From: Candidatus Latescibacterota bacterium
Lineage (GTDB): Bacteria > Latescibacterota > UBA2968 > GCA-2709665
Reading direction: 5' to 3'
NCBI GenBank assembly: GCA_965219455.1
Contig: OZ244744.1
Coordinates: 4,320,001 to 4,384,000, forward strand
DNA length: 64,000 nt
Shown here: piece after piece, positions 19,066-29,174 of the stretch
Numbering within the stretch: position 1 is the stretch's first letter
Layout: every line of letters starts with the position of its first letter
The notes under the pieces: model-generated
Databases searched by the model: none
Told to the model about the DNA's origin: nothing
Seen by the model: only the letters and a program-made list of their open reading frames with translations
Made by a program: the position numbers and the translations under genes

Positions 19066-19704
19066 ATGATGAGAGTGGTGTCTGTTTTTATTGCAGGACA
19101 GTTGTTTATCGGCGGATGGGCGGGCGACGCGGGAGCGCAGCAGAAGCCGGTTTATTTCGTTACCGCGGGGATCGTTGCGCCAGCATCCATTTCCCTTTCG
19201 GAATTCTGGTATCCCGGTATCGGCGTGGGCGGAGGGGCGGAGTATATCATTCGTCCGAGTCTGGCTGTTCAGGGCCGGTTCAGTTACGCCCGTTTCGGAT
19301 TCAATGAGGGCAAATTCAAGGCGGAAAATGACGCTCTCGGGGTGGTTACCGGCACAAATGGCGGGAGCAAGAACCTTTTTAGCGCATTCGCCAGCCTGAA
19401 GTACACGAAATCGATCGATTCGGAAGATCTGGATGTAAGGGCGGTGCCCTACGCGGTTGCGGGCCTGGGAATCTTGTCCTATTCCGAAGCCGATATCGAG
19501 GTGGTTGAGATTGGCAACGAAATTTTTCATGTTAACGGGCAATCCGAAACCGGGTTTGCTGTAAACGCGGGCGCAGGGATCGACATCCGCCTGACTGACC
19601 GGGCGCATCTCTTTGTCGAAGGGCGGCTGGAGGTCGGATTCACATCAGGAGAGCGGGGAAGCACGCAACTTTTCCCCGTTCGAGTCGGGATATCTTTCGA
19701 GTAA
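19066..19704 (+). CDS. Outer membrane beta-barrel protein (OmpA/OmpW-like)
   Basis: RBS aaggaga; signal peptide ending AGA-Q; VPYAVAGLG, FAVNAGAGIDI, LFVEGR strands; C-terminal VRVGISFE. Confidence 0.8.
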   Translation: MMRVVSVFIAGQLFIGGWAGDAGAQQKPVYFVTAGIVAPASISLSEFWYPGIGVGGGAEYIIRPSLAVQGRFSYARFGFNEGKFKAENDALGVVTGTNGGSKNLFSAFASLKYTKSIDSEDLDVRAVPYAVAGLGILSYSEADIEVVEIGNEIFHVNGQSETGFAVNAGAGIDIRLTDRAHLFVEGRLEVGFTSGERGSTQLFPVRVGISFE

Positions 19705-19862
19705 CGTCACGCAATCACCGTAATCACGTGAATCACAGTCCAGGTGTGGTTGGGTTGCCCGCCTTGCGCCTTAATCACAGTCCGGTGTGGGGGGGCAGGG
19801 TTGATGATACACGACCGGCACCCACCTCGGCGGCCTGCCGGAATAGAAACGTGGAGTACGTC

Positions 19863-20517
19863 TTGAAACGGCCGGAAGGAACGAAAAAGACCGGATGGCC
19901 CGTGGACGTGTTGGCCCTGCTGGCGTTGCTGGCGGGGCTTGCCTATGTGTTGGGTTTCTGGCATACGCAGCAGGTCCTCATTATGGGCAGGCTGCCGCTG
20001 TCCCTGTTTTATGCTCTGCTGCCATTGCCTTTTTATTTCTTGGAGGGGCTTTCGGAAAAATTCGAACCGACTGGCTCAGGCCATCGGCGGCGGCGTGTTG
20101 CTTCGGAACCGGACCTGTAACCAGATTCTTCTGGCGGACGAACACGCGGTGGAAGACCTGGGGACGTCGCCGCAGGTGAAGGTCCTGGCTCATCGGGTGT
20201 GGAACCAGCGGGTCGAGTTGGTCGTGCACGCCAGCGCGGCCTGTTTTGCGCGGCTGGCATACACGGTCTATCCTCACCAGAGGGTTAGCGTGAATGGACG
20301 CGATGGCCGACCGTACACGACAGCCGGTCATTTTGTGGCGCTGAAGCTCGGTCCCGGTGAGAGCCGGATCGTACTGGAGCCGGCGCTTTCGCCGCCGCGG
20401 TTCTACCTGCTGATCGCCAATGTCGTATTGCTGCTGGCCGCGGCGGCGGTATTGGTCGGGCCCCGGATCGGGCGCCGGACTTCCCGGAGCGCCGCGGTTG
20501 GATCCGAGGGCGAATGA
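19863..20517 (+). pseudogene. Degraded membrane protein gene (PTPS-related/YfhO-like GT-C protein relic)
   Basis: Two overlapping frames: TM segments (FWHTQQVLIMGRLPLSLFYALLP) in one frame; in another a YfhO-like tail (LAYTVYPHQRVSVNG...LKLGPGESRIVL plus a terminal TM helix). Far shorter than intact members. Confidence 0.55.
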
Positions 20518-20554
20518 GTCGGACCGTGGGCTCCCGTATTTGGGATGAACGGTT

Positions 20555-22741
20555 ATGCGACGCAAAGAAGATCTAACGGTCTCCAGTAAGCCGATCATTG
20601 TGGCAGGGTTCTTTCTCGGCCTGCATGTTCTGTTCGCTTACTGGCAGCCCGTGTCTGTCTGGGGTGCGGATTTCTTGCGGTTCCATGACGTCGGGCTGCG
20701 GGTGGTATTCGTTCTTTTGAGCGTGGCTTTGCTTTTTTTGGCCGCTCGGCAGCGCATGGGGCGGTGGACGTCGGGGTTGGCCGTGTTATGCGACCGAGGA
20801 GGTCTCTTCCGGCGATCCGTTATTTCATGGTTTTTGCTTCTGTTCGGCGGCCTCGTGGTCTTCTGGGGCATGCGTTCGGCTGTGCATCTGCTCGGCGACG
20901 GGATCATGCTGATGCGTGAATTGGATGATTTCTGGTCCGAAATTCCCAGGTCGGATCGCGCGCCGCTGACGTTCTGGATCATTCGGGGGTTCCATCGGGC
21001 GGGAGCGGCGGTCTGGGATTCCGCCGAGACCACGTATCGGATATACAGTTGCGTGTCCGGAATCCTGTATCTGGTTGTTGTCACGTATGCCGCTCGGTTC
21101 CTGGGAAAAGACGCCCTGGAGCGTTTCCTGATTCTGGCGATGTTGCTAGGGACCGGGTTCATGCAGCTTTTTTTCGCGTATGTCGAAAATTACCCGTTAC
21201 TGTTCCCGATTATGCTGCTTTACCTGCTCCTGGGTATACGGACGCTCGAGGGCAGGGCGCCGCTGTGGGCGCCCGCGGCGTTGCTTGGCGCAATGATGGC
21301 GCTCCACATTACGATGATGACGCTTGCGCCTTCCCTGGTGGCGCTGGCGATACTCAAAGGCCGGGCGGAGGTTATCTCCGGATCAGCGACGCACGGCCGG
21401 TCGGCCGCGAGAGCGGCGCTCGCTATGCTGGTAAGCGGGGTCGTTTTTCTCGGCGCACTCATGCTGATTCAATTTGACCTGGTCGCGTATCTGCAAAAAC
21501 GACAGGGATTTTATATCCTTAATCTGTTTGCCGACCCCGGCCCGAAACAGCACTATAGTTTGTTTTCAGTTGGCAAGCTGGTGGATTTCGCGAATCAATA
21601 TGTCCTCGTTGCGCCGTCTTCGCTGATGGTGCTGTTTCTTTGCCGGAGGGGGCGCTGGCTGAGCGGATCCGACCGACAGTTTGTTCTGGTTGCCGCGCTG
21701 TTTCCGATTCTGTTTACCGTTGTCGCCAACCCTGAACTTGGCGCTTTCAGGGATTGGGACGTGTTCGCTTTCGCCGCGTTGCCTCTTACGCTCTGGGCGG
21801 CGCTTACGGTAGTCCGCGAGCTTCGCGACCGGCTTATTTCGGGGAATACCGCCGGTTTGATTTGCGCGGCCGCGGCCCTGCACACGCTGTTCTGGATCGG
21901 CATCAACGCGGACGTCTCGTCCGCCGAAGCGCGGTTTACGAGCCACCTGGAAGGGAGATATCTGTCGGCGCACGCCCGGTCGCACGGATGGGAGACGCTT
22001 GCGGTCTACCACAGGGATCACGGCAGGAGCGTCCAGGCGATCCGGGCATACGAAAAGGTTGTTGAAGTCGATCCGGAGTTTGCGGGCGGTCTTTACAATC
22101 TTGGCAATCTGAACTATGACATGAAGCGGTATGATCGAGCGGTGGTATACTTTCAGAAGGTGATTGCCCTGAAGCCGGATTTTGCGGAAGCCTATTTCAA
22201 TCTTGGCAATTTATATTACGATACCGGGAAGTACGAATTTGCAATGTCGAATTTTGAGAGGGTGATTGCGCTGAAGCCGGATTTCGCGGAAGCCCACTTC
22301 CAGATGGGCAACGCCTGCTACGGCCTGAGACAATACGATCGGGCGGCGGTGCATTTTGAAACGGCGATCGGATTGAAGCCGCAGTTCGTGGCGGCCTATT
22401 ACAATGTCGGCGATCTGCATTATAGAACAGGACGTTTCGACTCTGCCGTCAGAGCCTATCGGAAAGCCATTGCATTGAAACCGGGTTATGCCAGGGCGCA
22501 TTCGAATCTTGGAAACGCGTACCACGGCCTGGGAAACTATGAACAGGCCATTTCCGCCTATGAGAAAGCCGTGGCCCTGGATCCCGGCTACGCGGAGGCG
22601 TATTACAACCTGGGTGTTGTCTATCACACGTTGGGGGACGTCCGGAAAACCCGAACCTACTTCAGAAGAGTACTGGACCTGGCGCCCCGGCATCCACAGG
22701 CGCCGGCGTTGAGATCCTGGTTGGCCCTGAATCCGGGGTGA
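20555..22741 (+). CDS. Polytopic membrane protein (probable GT-C fold) with C-terminal TPR array
   Basis: About 12 hydrophobic segments with HLLGDG, YVENY and RDWDVF motifs; about 7 regular TPRs (AEAYFNLG). Confidence 0.75.
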   Translation: MRRKEDLTVSSKPIIVAGFFLGLHVLFAYWQPVSVWGADFLRFHDVGLRVVFVLLSVALLFLAARQRMGRWTSGLAVLCDRGGLFRRSVISWFLLLFGGLVVFWGMRSAVHLLGDGIMLMRELDDFWSEIPRSDRAPLTFWIIRGFHRAGAAVWDSAETTYRIYSCVSGILYLVVVTYAARFLGKDALERFLILAMLLGTGFMQLFFAYVENYPLLFPIMLLYLLLGIRTLEGRAPLWAPAALLGAMMALHITMMTLAPSLVALAILKGRAEVISGSATHGRSAARAALAMLVSGVVFLGALMLIQFDLVAYLQKRQGFYILNLFADPGPKQHYSLFSVGKLVDFANQYVLVAPSSLMVLFLCRRGRWLSGSDRQFVLVAALFPILFTVVANPELGAFRDWDVFAFAALPLTLWAALTVVRELRDRLISGNTAGLICAAAALHTLFWIGINADVSSAEARFTSHLEGRYLSAHARSHGWETLAVYHRDHGRSVQAIRAYEKVVEVDPEFAGGLYNLGNLNYDMKRYDRAVVYFQKVIALKPDFAEAYFNLGNLYYDTGKYEFAMSNFERVIALKPDFAEAHFQMGNACYGLRQYDRAAVHFETAIGLKPQFVAAYYNVGDLHYRTGRFDSAVRAYRKAIALKPGYARAHSNLGNAYHGLGNYEQAISAYEKAVALDPGYAEAYYNLGVVYHTLGDVRKTRTYFRRVLDLAPRHPQAPALRSWLALNPG

Positions 22742-22917
22742 GGCCACCCGCTGTAGCACTGACGTCCTGCTCGCCGAACCTTAAGATTCATGTCGCTCAA
22801 CCGCAATTCCACGTCTCAGTGTTGCTGGCCGCCTCACGGTTTTGTATTTGACAGAGGCGGTTTTGTTTTGTACGGTTTTGTTGATGCGATCGGCATGGCT
22901 ATTTCAATAGGGTAAAG

Positions 22918-23721
22918 ATGAAACCTGATGCACAAAAAACTCGATTCGAGGAAGATGGCTATCTCGTGGTGAGGGCGTTGCTTTCGCCCAACGAGGTGGA
23001 GGCTTGCGAGACCGAAATCGAGCGGTTGCACCGGCTGGCGGTTGAACTGGATGCCCGAGGCGATGCCGCGGCAGGCCGCTTTCAACTCGAGCCCTTTGCA
23101 AAAAACGCGACCCGCAAGGGCTTGCCGGTTTTACGCAAAATCGAGCAAACGCGAGACTTTTCCGAGGTCTTCAGGAATCTGGCGGCGCATCCCGGGCTCA
23201 TTCGGCTCGTCCGGTCTCTTCTTGGCCCGGATTTGCTTCTGTTTCGCAGCACGCTGATGTTGAAACCGGCCTACCACGGGTCGTCCCACGGGTTGCACCA
23301 GGATTCGGCGTACTGGCCGATGCAGCCCCCGGCGTTGGTAACCGTGAGCATCGCATTGACCGATTCCAGCCCGGAAAACGGGTGTATCCAGGTGCTGCCC
23401 CGAAGCCACAAAGGAGGGCTGCAATCCTGGGGGCATATTGCCCGCCGACAGGATGAGGCACTGGCGGACGGGGATGACGTGGATCTTTCGGGTAGAGTCG
23501 ACGTACCCCTGGCCGCGGGCGATGCCGTGTTGTTTCACTCATTGACGGTTCACGGGTCCGGCCCGAATCCTTCTCCTCGCCCTCGCCACACCGCACTCTA
23601 CGCCTATTTCCCGCCGTCGGTGCGGTATGTGCCGGGCGAAAAGGGTCCCTCCGAGATGGCGTTTCCGGTGGTCGCCGGTCTGGATGGAAGAGACGCGTTG
23701 ACGCTCACTGCGGATTCGTAA
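22918..23721 (+). CDS. Phytanoyl-CoA dioxygenase (PhyH) family Fe(II)/2-oxoglutarate oxygenase
   Basis: FEEDGYLVV, HQDSAYW, ENGCIQVLPRSH, GDAVLFHSLTVHGSGPN. Confidence 0.92.
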   Translation: MKPDAQKTRFEEDGYLVVRALLSPNEVEACETEIERLHRLAVELDARGDAAAGRFQLEPFAKNATRKGLPVLRKIEQTRDFSEVFRNLAAHPGLIRLVRSLLGPDLLLFRSTLMLKPAYHGSSHGLHQDSAYWPMQPPALVTVSIALTDSSPENGCIQVLPRSHKGGLQSWGHIARRQDEALADGDDVDLSGRVDVPLAAGDAVLFHSLTVHGSGPNPSPRPRHTALYAYFPPSVRYVPGEKGPSEMAFPVVAGLDGRDALTLTADS

Positions 23722-23821
23722 TTTTCGAAGGTTTACGAATTTGAATTCGAAAAGATCCTGTGGTCGTTGTTCTTCTGGATAGATACATCTCCTACAATAT
23801 GGTGGTGTAGAAGAGGAGATT

Positions 23822-24721
23822 ATGGCCTTCGTTGTAAGAGAAACACTTTCTAGTTACTTGCCAGACATCAAACTTACCGAGTCGATGGTCCTTCTCGGAG
23901 ATGCTCACCATGTCCTCTCACGACTGCCGCGTGAGTCATTTCAATGCGTGGTAACCTCGCCCCCGTACTGGGGACTCCGGGATTACGACATTGAAGACCA
24001 AATTGGTTTGGAGCCGACGCTGCCCCAGTTTATCAACCGACTGATTGCGGTTTTTCAGGAAGTCAAGCGTGTCTTGAAGCGAGACGGGACGTTTTGGCTG
24101 AATATAGGTGACGGTTACACGAGTGGCAACAGGACCTGGCGGGCTCCTGACAAGAAAAACCCGGCTCGAGCAATGTCCGTACGACCTGAGACGCCGGAAG
24201 GTCTCAAACCAAAGGATCTGATTGGCGTTCCTTGGCGTCTGGCGTTGGCGTTACAGCAGGACGGATGGTACCTCCGAAGTGACATCGTCTGGCGTAAACC
24301 AAACGCAATGCCTGAAAGCGTCAAGGACCGCCCAACGCGGGCGCACGAGTATATTTTCCTCTTTACGAGGAACGAGCGTTACTACTACGACAACGAGGCC
24401 ATCAAGGAGCCTAGTGGCAACGGCACAGGCAAGCGTAACCGGCGATCCGTCTGGGACATAAATACGGAGCCCTGTAAGGATGCCCACTTTGCTACATTCC
24501 CTCCCAAACTCATCGAACCATGCATCCTCGCGGGAAGTAGGCCGGGGGACTATGTTCTCGACCCGTTTTTCGGTGCGGGTACCGTCGGTCTGGTTTGCCA
24601 AAGAAACCGACGAAAGTACGTTGGAATCGAACTTCATCCTGAATATGTGAAACTTGCAGTGAGCCGTCTGTCGAAGCACGAGCAGCAACTCGAACTGAAA
24701 CTGGATCTCAGCAATGTTTAA
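23822..24721 (+). CDS. N4-cytosine DNA methyltransferase (beta class), M.XcyI/M.Cfr9I-like
   Basis: TSPPYWGLRDY (motif IV), WLNIGD, HFATFPP, VLDPFFGAGT (motif I); RBS gaggag. Confidence 0.92.
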   Translation: MAFVVRETLSSYLPDIKLTESMVLLGDAHHVLSRLPRESFQCVVTSPPYWGLRDYDIEDQIGLEPTLPQFINRLIAVFQEVKRVLKRDGTFWLNIGDGYTSGNRTWRAPDKKNPARAMSVRPETPEGLKPKDLIGVPWRLALALQQDGWYLRSDIVWRKPNAMPESVKDRPTRAHEYIFLFTRNERYYYDNEAIKEPSGNGTGKRNRRSVWDINTEPCKDAHFATFPPKLIEPCILAGSRPGDYVLDPFFGAGTVGLVCQRNRRKYVGIELHPEYVKLAVSRLSKHEQQLELKLDLSNV

Positions 24722-25679
24722 CCTTTCCGTACCCGAAATGCAGATTGACTTCTCCAGGTCACTCAAAGAGATAAGGACCGAATTTCTGCAGCAAGGGCTT
24801 CAGAAAACCGTGCGAAATTCGTCCCTGTACGAGATAGATTTGCAGCTTCGCGAGTACGTAAGTGAAAATGATCTAAAGCTCCTTGCCTCACGTGGTTTAC
24901 GTGGCGAACTCCTTTTTGCAGTACCCTATCTCCTGTCTCAAAATCCGCGGCTGCTCGGCTATTACAGGTTGTTGCTAGGTTTTAGCCAGAAGGGGTTTTA
25001 TGGTCACGACGTTGGTGCAGGGGTCTTCAAGAGCATGGAGGAAAAGGGTAGTTTGTCAAAGCGACAGGAACAGTTGCTGCCCGCCCTCTGCAATTGCATG
25101 GTTCGCTGCGCTTCTCTGTTGTTGGCCGCGCTTGATAAAGAGGATATCGAAATGTCTTTCCTCGATGATCTAACGTTGCTGACGTTGGGACCACAACTTA
25201 GAGGTGGTGCAAACGTCAGGAAAGGAAGCGCTGGAATCGTTGTGGTTTTCGAAACCATCCGACGGATTGTCAACGATAGCATCGCGGAGCAGAGTAGCAG
25301 ACGAATCGAGATCGTCAATGCTGCCGGTCGGACTGTCGTGATTCAATTCGCACCGGATCCTGATATTGTCATTCTGGAGGAGATGGATCCTGACTCATAT
25401 CGGAACATCATTGCCATTGAGGTGAAATCCGGTACGGATTTTTCAAACATCCACAACAGAATTGGCGAAGCTGAGAAAAGTCACCAGAAGGCCAGACAGG
25501 TCGGATTCGTGGAGTGTTGGACGATCGTCAACGTCGATAGAATTGATTTAGGGATGGCGAAAAGGGAATCCCCGTCAACCAATCGCTTTTATCGGATCTC
25601 AGAACTAAAGAAAGGCACTGACGAGGAGTTTCTGGACTTTCGTTCTCGGATCATATCCTTGGTGGGCATTCCCGGCTAG
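24714..25679 (+). CDS. Type II restriction endonuclease, XcyI family
   Basis: Overlaps the MTase stop by 8 nt; PD...IAIEVKSGTD.SNIHNRIGEAEKSHQKA PD-(D/E)xK core; LLGYYRLLLGFSQK and LLTLGPQLRGG segments as recalled for this family. Confidence 0.82.
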   Translation: MFNLSVPEMQIDFSRSLKEIRTEFLQQGLQKTVRNSSLYEIDLQLREYVSENDLKLLASRGLRGELLFAVPYLLSQNPRLLGYYRLLLGFSQKGFYGHDVGAGVFKSMEEKGSLSKRQEQLLPALCNCMVRCASLLLAALDKEDIEMSFLDDLTLLTLGPQLRGGANVRKGSAGIVVVFETIRRIVNDSIAEQSSRRIEIVNAAGRTVVIQFAPDPDIVILEEMDPDSYRNIIAIEVKSGTDFSNIHNRIGEAEKSHQKARQVGFVECWTIVNVDRIDLGMAKRESPSTNRFYRISELKKGTDEEFLDFRSRIISLVGIPG

Positions 25680-25793
25680 GGGTTTTACCGATTGACGTTT
25701 TTGACGTGGTGCTGCTGACGGCCTCACGCTTACGTCAACAGCCCGCCGTAACCGGGCCGGTATTGTCCGCCATATCGGAGTACAGGAGTTGCC

Positions 25794-26567
25794 ATGGAAA
25801 AGGAGCTGCATATCAGGCCCAGGTATTACCGGTGGCACGTGGACCCTGGCGTGTCCTGGGAGGAGAAGAACACCGATTACGCCCATTTGGATTGGCGCAT
25901 TCCGCTGTCACAAGCGGCGCTCGTGCTGGTGGACGTGTGGGACGGTCACTACCTTAAGGAGACGGTCGAGCGGACGGAAGCGATCGTCGAGGCGCGTATC
26001 GTTCCTCTGCTTGCGGCCTGCCGCAAGGCCGGATTGCGGTTGATCCATGCGCCCGCGCCGGGGCTGGCGGAACACCATCCGGCGTGGGTGCGATTGATCG
26101 ACCTCCCGCCGCCGTCGTGCGGAAAAGGGGAAACGTGGCCCCCGCGTGAGTTCAGGTCCAGGACGGGCGCGTATGCCGCCTATGCGAGGCCGGAGGAGCC
26201 GAGAGAGCCGGAACTGATCGAAATGCGATCCGGACGAAGGCTGCATCCGCTGGTGCAGGTGGAGGAGGGAGAGGTCGTTATCTACAACGGAGAGGAACTG
26301 CACAGGTATTGCAAACGCGAGGGGATCCTGTTTCTGTTCTTTGTGGGGTTCAACACCAACGCGTGCATCCTGTTGCGGGATTATGGCACGGTCGAAATGA
26401 GCAAACGTGGATACGAGGTCATCATTTTGCGGGATTGCGGGACGGGCATGGAGTCGTTCGAAACACAGGACGGGTTGTGGCAGACCCGCGGTGCGATTCT
26501 GTTTCTGGAGATGTTCGGAAAGTACTCGATCACATCGGCAGAGATGATCGACGGGCTGTTAAGTTAG
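25794..26567 (+). CDS. Isochorismatase-family cysteine hydrolase
   Basis: AALVLVDVW, GFNTNACI, GYEVIILRDC. Confidence 0.8.
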   Translation: MEKELHIRPRYYRWHVDPGVSWEEKNTDYAHLDWRIPLSQAALVLVDVWDGHYLKETVERTEAIVEARIVPLLAACRKAGLRLIHAPAPGLAEHHPAWVRLIDLPPPSCGKGETWPPREFRSRTGAYAAYARPEEPREPELIEMRSGRRLHPLVQVEEGEVVIYNGEELHRYCKREGILFLFFVGFNTNACILLRDYGTVEMSKRGYEVIILRDCGTGMESFETQDGLWQTRGAILFLEMFGKYSITSAEMIDGLLS

Positions 26568-26580
26568 AAAGGAGCGGAAA

Positions 26581-27423
26581 GTGAAAATCTCGGTTTTTGC
26601 GGATGAAATCGACCGGCGCGATCCGGCTCACGCGATATCCCTTGCCGCGGCCTGGGGTGTTTCGCACGTGGAGGTGCGCCAGCTTGCGGGTGGCAGGTTT
26701 CCTGCCGTAAGCGACAATGAGTTGGCCGCCTTTCACGCGCGGGTCCGCGATGCGGGATTGGGTGTTTCAGGGGTTTCGCCGGGTTTTTTCAAGGGGCCGC
26801 TGGATGATCCCCGGGTCGACGAACGCCTGCGGCAGTCGCTTCCACGTGCGTGCGCATGGGCGCGAAAATTGGGTACCGATCGGGTGTCCTGTTTCGCCTT
26901 TCAGCGGACGGAGGCGCCACGTCCTCCGGCAGCGGTTGTGGACCGGCTCGGACAGATGGCGGACGTTGCGGCGCGGGAGGGGTGTCGTCTGGCGCTGGAA
27001 AACGAGGCGGTTTGCTGGGGGGCAACCGGCGCCGAGGCGGCTCTGCTTGTCCGCCAGGTGGGTGTGGACCGTCTATCGCTTTGCTGGGATCCCGGCAATT
27101 CCGCCCGGGCGGGTACGCCATCCCCCTTTCCGGGGGAATACGAGGATCTGAAAGATCTGGTAACCCACGTGCACGTGAAGAATTTCGATCCGGACACTGG
27201 CGCCTGGTCGATGGCGGAGGAAGGGCTCGTGGACTGGCCAGGGCAGTTGGACGCCCTTCGTGCCGACGGGTACAGGGGCTTCGTGGTGGTAGAGACACAT
27301 CTGGACATCAGCCCGGATGCGTTCGAGGTGGCCGACGTGGCGTTCACCGGGTTGGCGGCAAACAGTCTGAGGAACCTGGAGTACGTCGGATCGTGTTTAG
27401 GCGTGTCCGGCAGCGAAAAATGA
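26581..27423 (+). CDS. Sugar phosphate isomerase/epimerase (xylose isomerase-like TIM barrel)
   Basis: LALENE, WDPGN, HVHVKN, GLVDW, GYRGFVVVETH. Confidence 0.88.
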   Translation: MKISVFADEIDRRDPAHAISLAAAWGVSHVEVRQLAGGRFPAVSDNELAAFHARVRDAGLGVSGVSPGFFKGPLDDPRVDERLRQSLPRACAWARKLGTDRVSCFAFQRTEAPRPPAAVVDRLGQMADVAAREGCRLALENEAVCWGATGAEAALLVRQVGVDRLSLCWDPGNSARAGTPSPFPGEYEDLKDLVTHVHVKNFDPDTGAWSMAEEGLVDWPGQLDALRADGYRGFVVVETHLDISPDAFEVADVAFTGLAANSLRNLEYVGSCLGVSGSEK

Positions 27424-27442
27424 CGACACCAAGGAGGGAGGA

Positions 27443-28426
27443 ATGGCTGCAGAGATTCGTCTGGGTCTGATCGGTTGCGGCGGCAATATGCGCGGCGCGC
27501 ACGTGCCGCGGATTCAGGCAGAGAAGGACGTGAAGCTGGTTTGCGTGGCGGATACGGTGAAGGAGCAGGCCCGTTTGTTGATGGATCGATACGGCGGAGA
27601 GGTCGCCTGTTACGAGGATTATCGCCGCATGATTCAACAGGAGGCGCTCGACGCGATCTTTATCAGTTCACCGCATTCGATGCACTACGAGCAGGCGCGG
27701 CTCGGGCTCGAAGCGGGCCTGCACGTGCTGGTGGAGAAGCCGCTGACGGTGTTTCCAGGGCATACCCGGGCGTTGATCGACCTGGCGGCGCAGAAGAAGC
27801 GGTTCTTGCAGGTGAGCTACCAGCGGAATTACTTCGCGCCGCACGTGTACGCCAGGGAACTGGTGCGGGAAGGGTATATCGGAGAGTTGCGCGGTGTGGT
27901 GTCCTACGTGACGCAGAATTGGGGAGGAGTGAAGGGCTGGCGCCTGGATCCCGAGCTTTCCGGCGGCGGTATGTTTATGGATACCGGCAGCCACCTGGTC
28001 GCATCCACGTTGTGGATCACCGGGCTGGCGCCGGTGGAAGTCTCTGCGTTTATGGATTACGATCGCATGGACGTGGATATCAACGCCGTGCTGAATGTCC
28101 GGTTTGAAGGCGGGGCCGTGGGTACGATCAGCACGTTCGGCAATGCCAGGGATCACGATGAGCGCATCGCAATTCACGGCGGCGAAGGATGTATTGTGTT
28201 TCATCTCTACAAGTGGCAGGTAAAGGCGGTACTGGTGAACGACAGGCCAATGGAAATTCCCGAACGGATTGTTGAGACATCTCCGGATGCGGCGTTTTTC
28301 GATTGGATCCGGAATGGGGGAATGGGGTACGAAGCCCCCGATTTTGCCCTGCAGGTTGCCCGGCTTTCCGAGGCCGCTTACAGGTCGCTGGAGCGTAAAA
28401 CGCCGGTAATGGTGAGCACGCGCTGA
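27443..28426 (+). CDS. Gfo/Idh/MocA family oxidoreductase
   Basis: GLIGCG, DAIFISSPH, HVLVEKPL, GGGMFMDTGSH. Confidence 0.93.
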   Translation: MAAEIRLGLIGCGGNMRGAHVPRIQAEKDVKLVCVADTVKEQARLLMDRYGGEVACYEDYRRMIQQEALDAIFISSPHSMHYEQARLGLEAGLHVLVEKPLTVFPGHTRALIDLAAQKKRFLQVSYQRNYFAPHVYARELVREGYIGELRGVVSYVTQNWGGVKGWRLDPELSGGGMFMDTGSHLVASTLWITGLAPVEVSAFMDYDRMDVDINAVLNVRFEGGAVGTISTFGNARDHDERIAIHGGEGCIVFHLYKWQVKAVLVNDRPMEIPERIVETSPDAAFFDWIRNGGMGYEAPDFALQVARLSEAAYRSLERKTPVMVSTR

Positions 28427-28441
28427 CCGCAGGAGGCGTCG

Positions 28442-29173
28442 ATGTCAAAAAAGATACGTTTGAGAGGCAGGTATTACCGGCAGCACCCGCCCGCCCGGCA
28501 TCTGGGGCACGCGGAGGAAGCGCTTGCGCTGGGCATGGACAATACGGCGTTTCTTCTGGTGGATGTCTACGGAAAGGGTTTCGACCCGGACGACGATCCC
28601 GGGGATGTACCCGAGTTGTATCGCGCTGCCGTGGAACGCAACCGGGAGATTGTGGTAAAACACATCCGGCCGTCCAAAGACGCGGCGAAACGCCTCGGAT
28701 TGCCCGTCGTATACGTGACGAACTATCTGGCGCCCTCAACCAATGAACGGACGGAGTGGCGCAATATGTCAATCCGGACATGCGGCGTGGACGTGCTGGA
28801 GACGTGGCCGGACCCCAACGATATCCTCGCGTTTTCCAGCGTGATCGCTCCGGATGCCGATGATTACCTGGTGAAAAAACAGATGTACAGCGCGTTCTTT
28901 GAGACCCACCTGGACTCGCTGCTGCGCAGCCTGGGGATTTACAACCTGGTAACGGTCGGGTTCGACACGCGGATTTGCCTGGGGACGACGGTAACCGAGG
29001 CGATGTACCGGAATTACCGCGTTATCGTGCTGCGGGATTGCTGCAGTACCACGGAATACCCGGAAACCGAGGCGGAAGGTTGGTCGAATTTTTTCGGGAT
29101 TCGATTCATTGAAGCGAATGTCGGATATACTTCCACGTCGGACGCGTTCGTCCGTGCGTGCGGTGAGGTCTGA
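28442..29173 (+). CDS. Isochorismatase-family cysteine hydrolase
   Basis: AFLLVDV, KKQMYSAFFETHLDSLLRSLGI, GFDTRIC, YRVIVLRDC. Confidence 0.9.
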   Translation: MSKKIRLRGRYYRQHPPARHLGHAEEALALGMDNTAFLLVDVYGKGFDPDDDPGDVPELYRAAVERNREIVVKHIRPSKDAAKRLGLPVVYVTNYLAPSTNERTEWRNMSIRTCGVDVLETWPDPNDILAFSSVIAPDADDYLVKKQMYSAFFETHLDSLLRSLGIYNLVTVGFDTRICLGTTVTEAMYRNYRVIVLRDCCSTTEYPETEAEGWSNFFGIRFIEANVGYTSTSDAFVRACGEV

Positions 29174-29174
29174 G

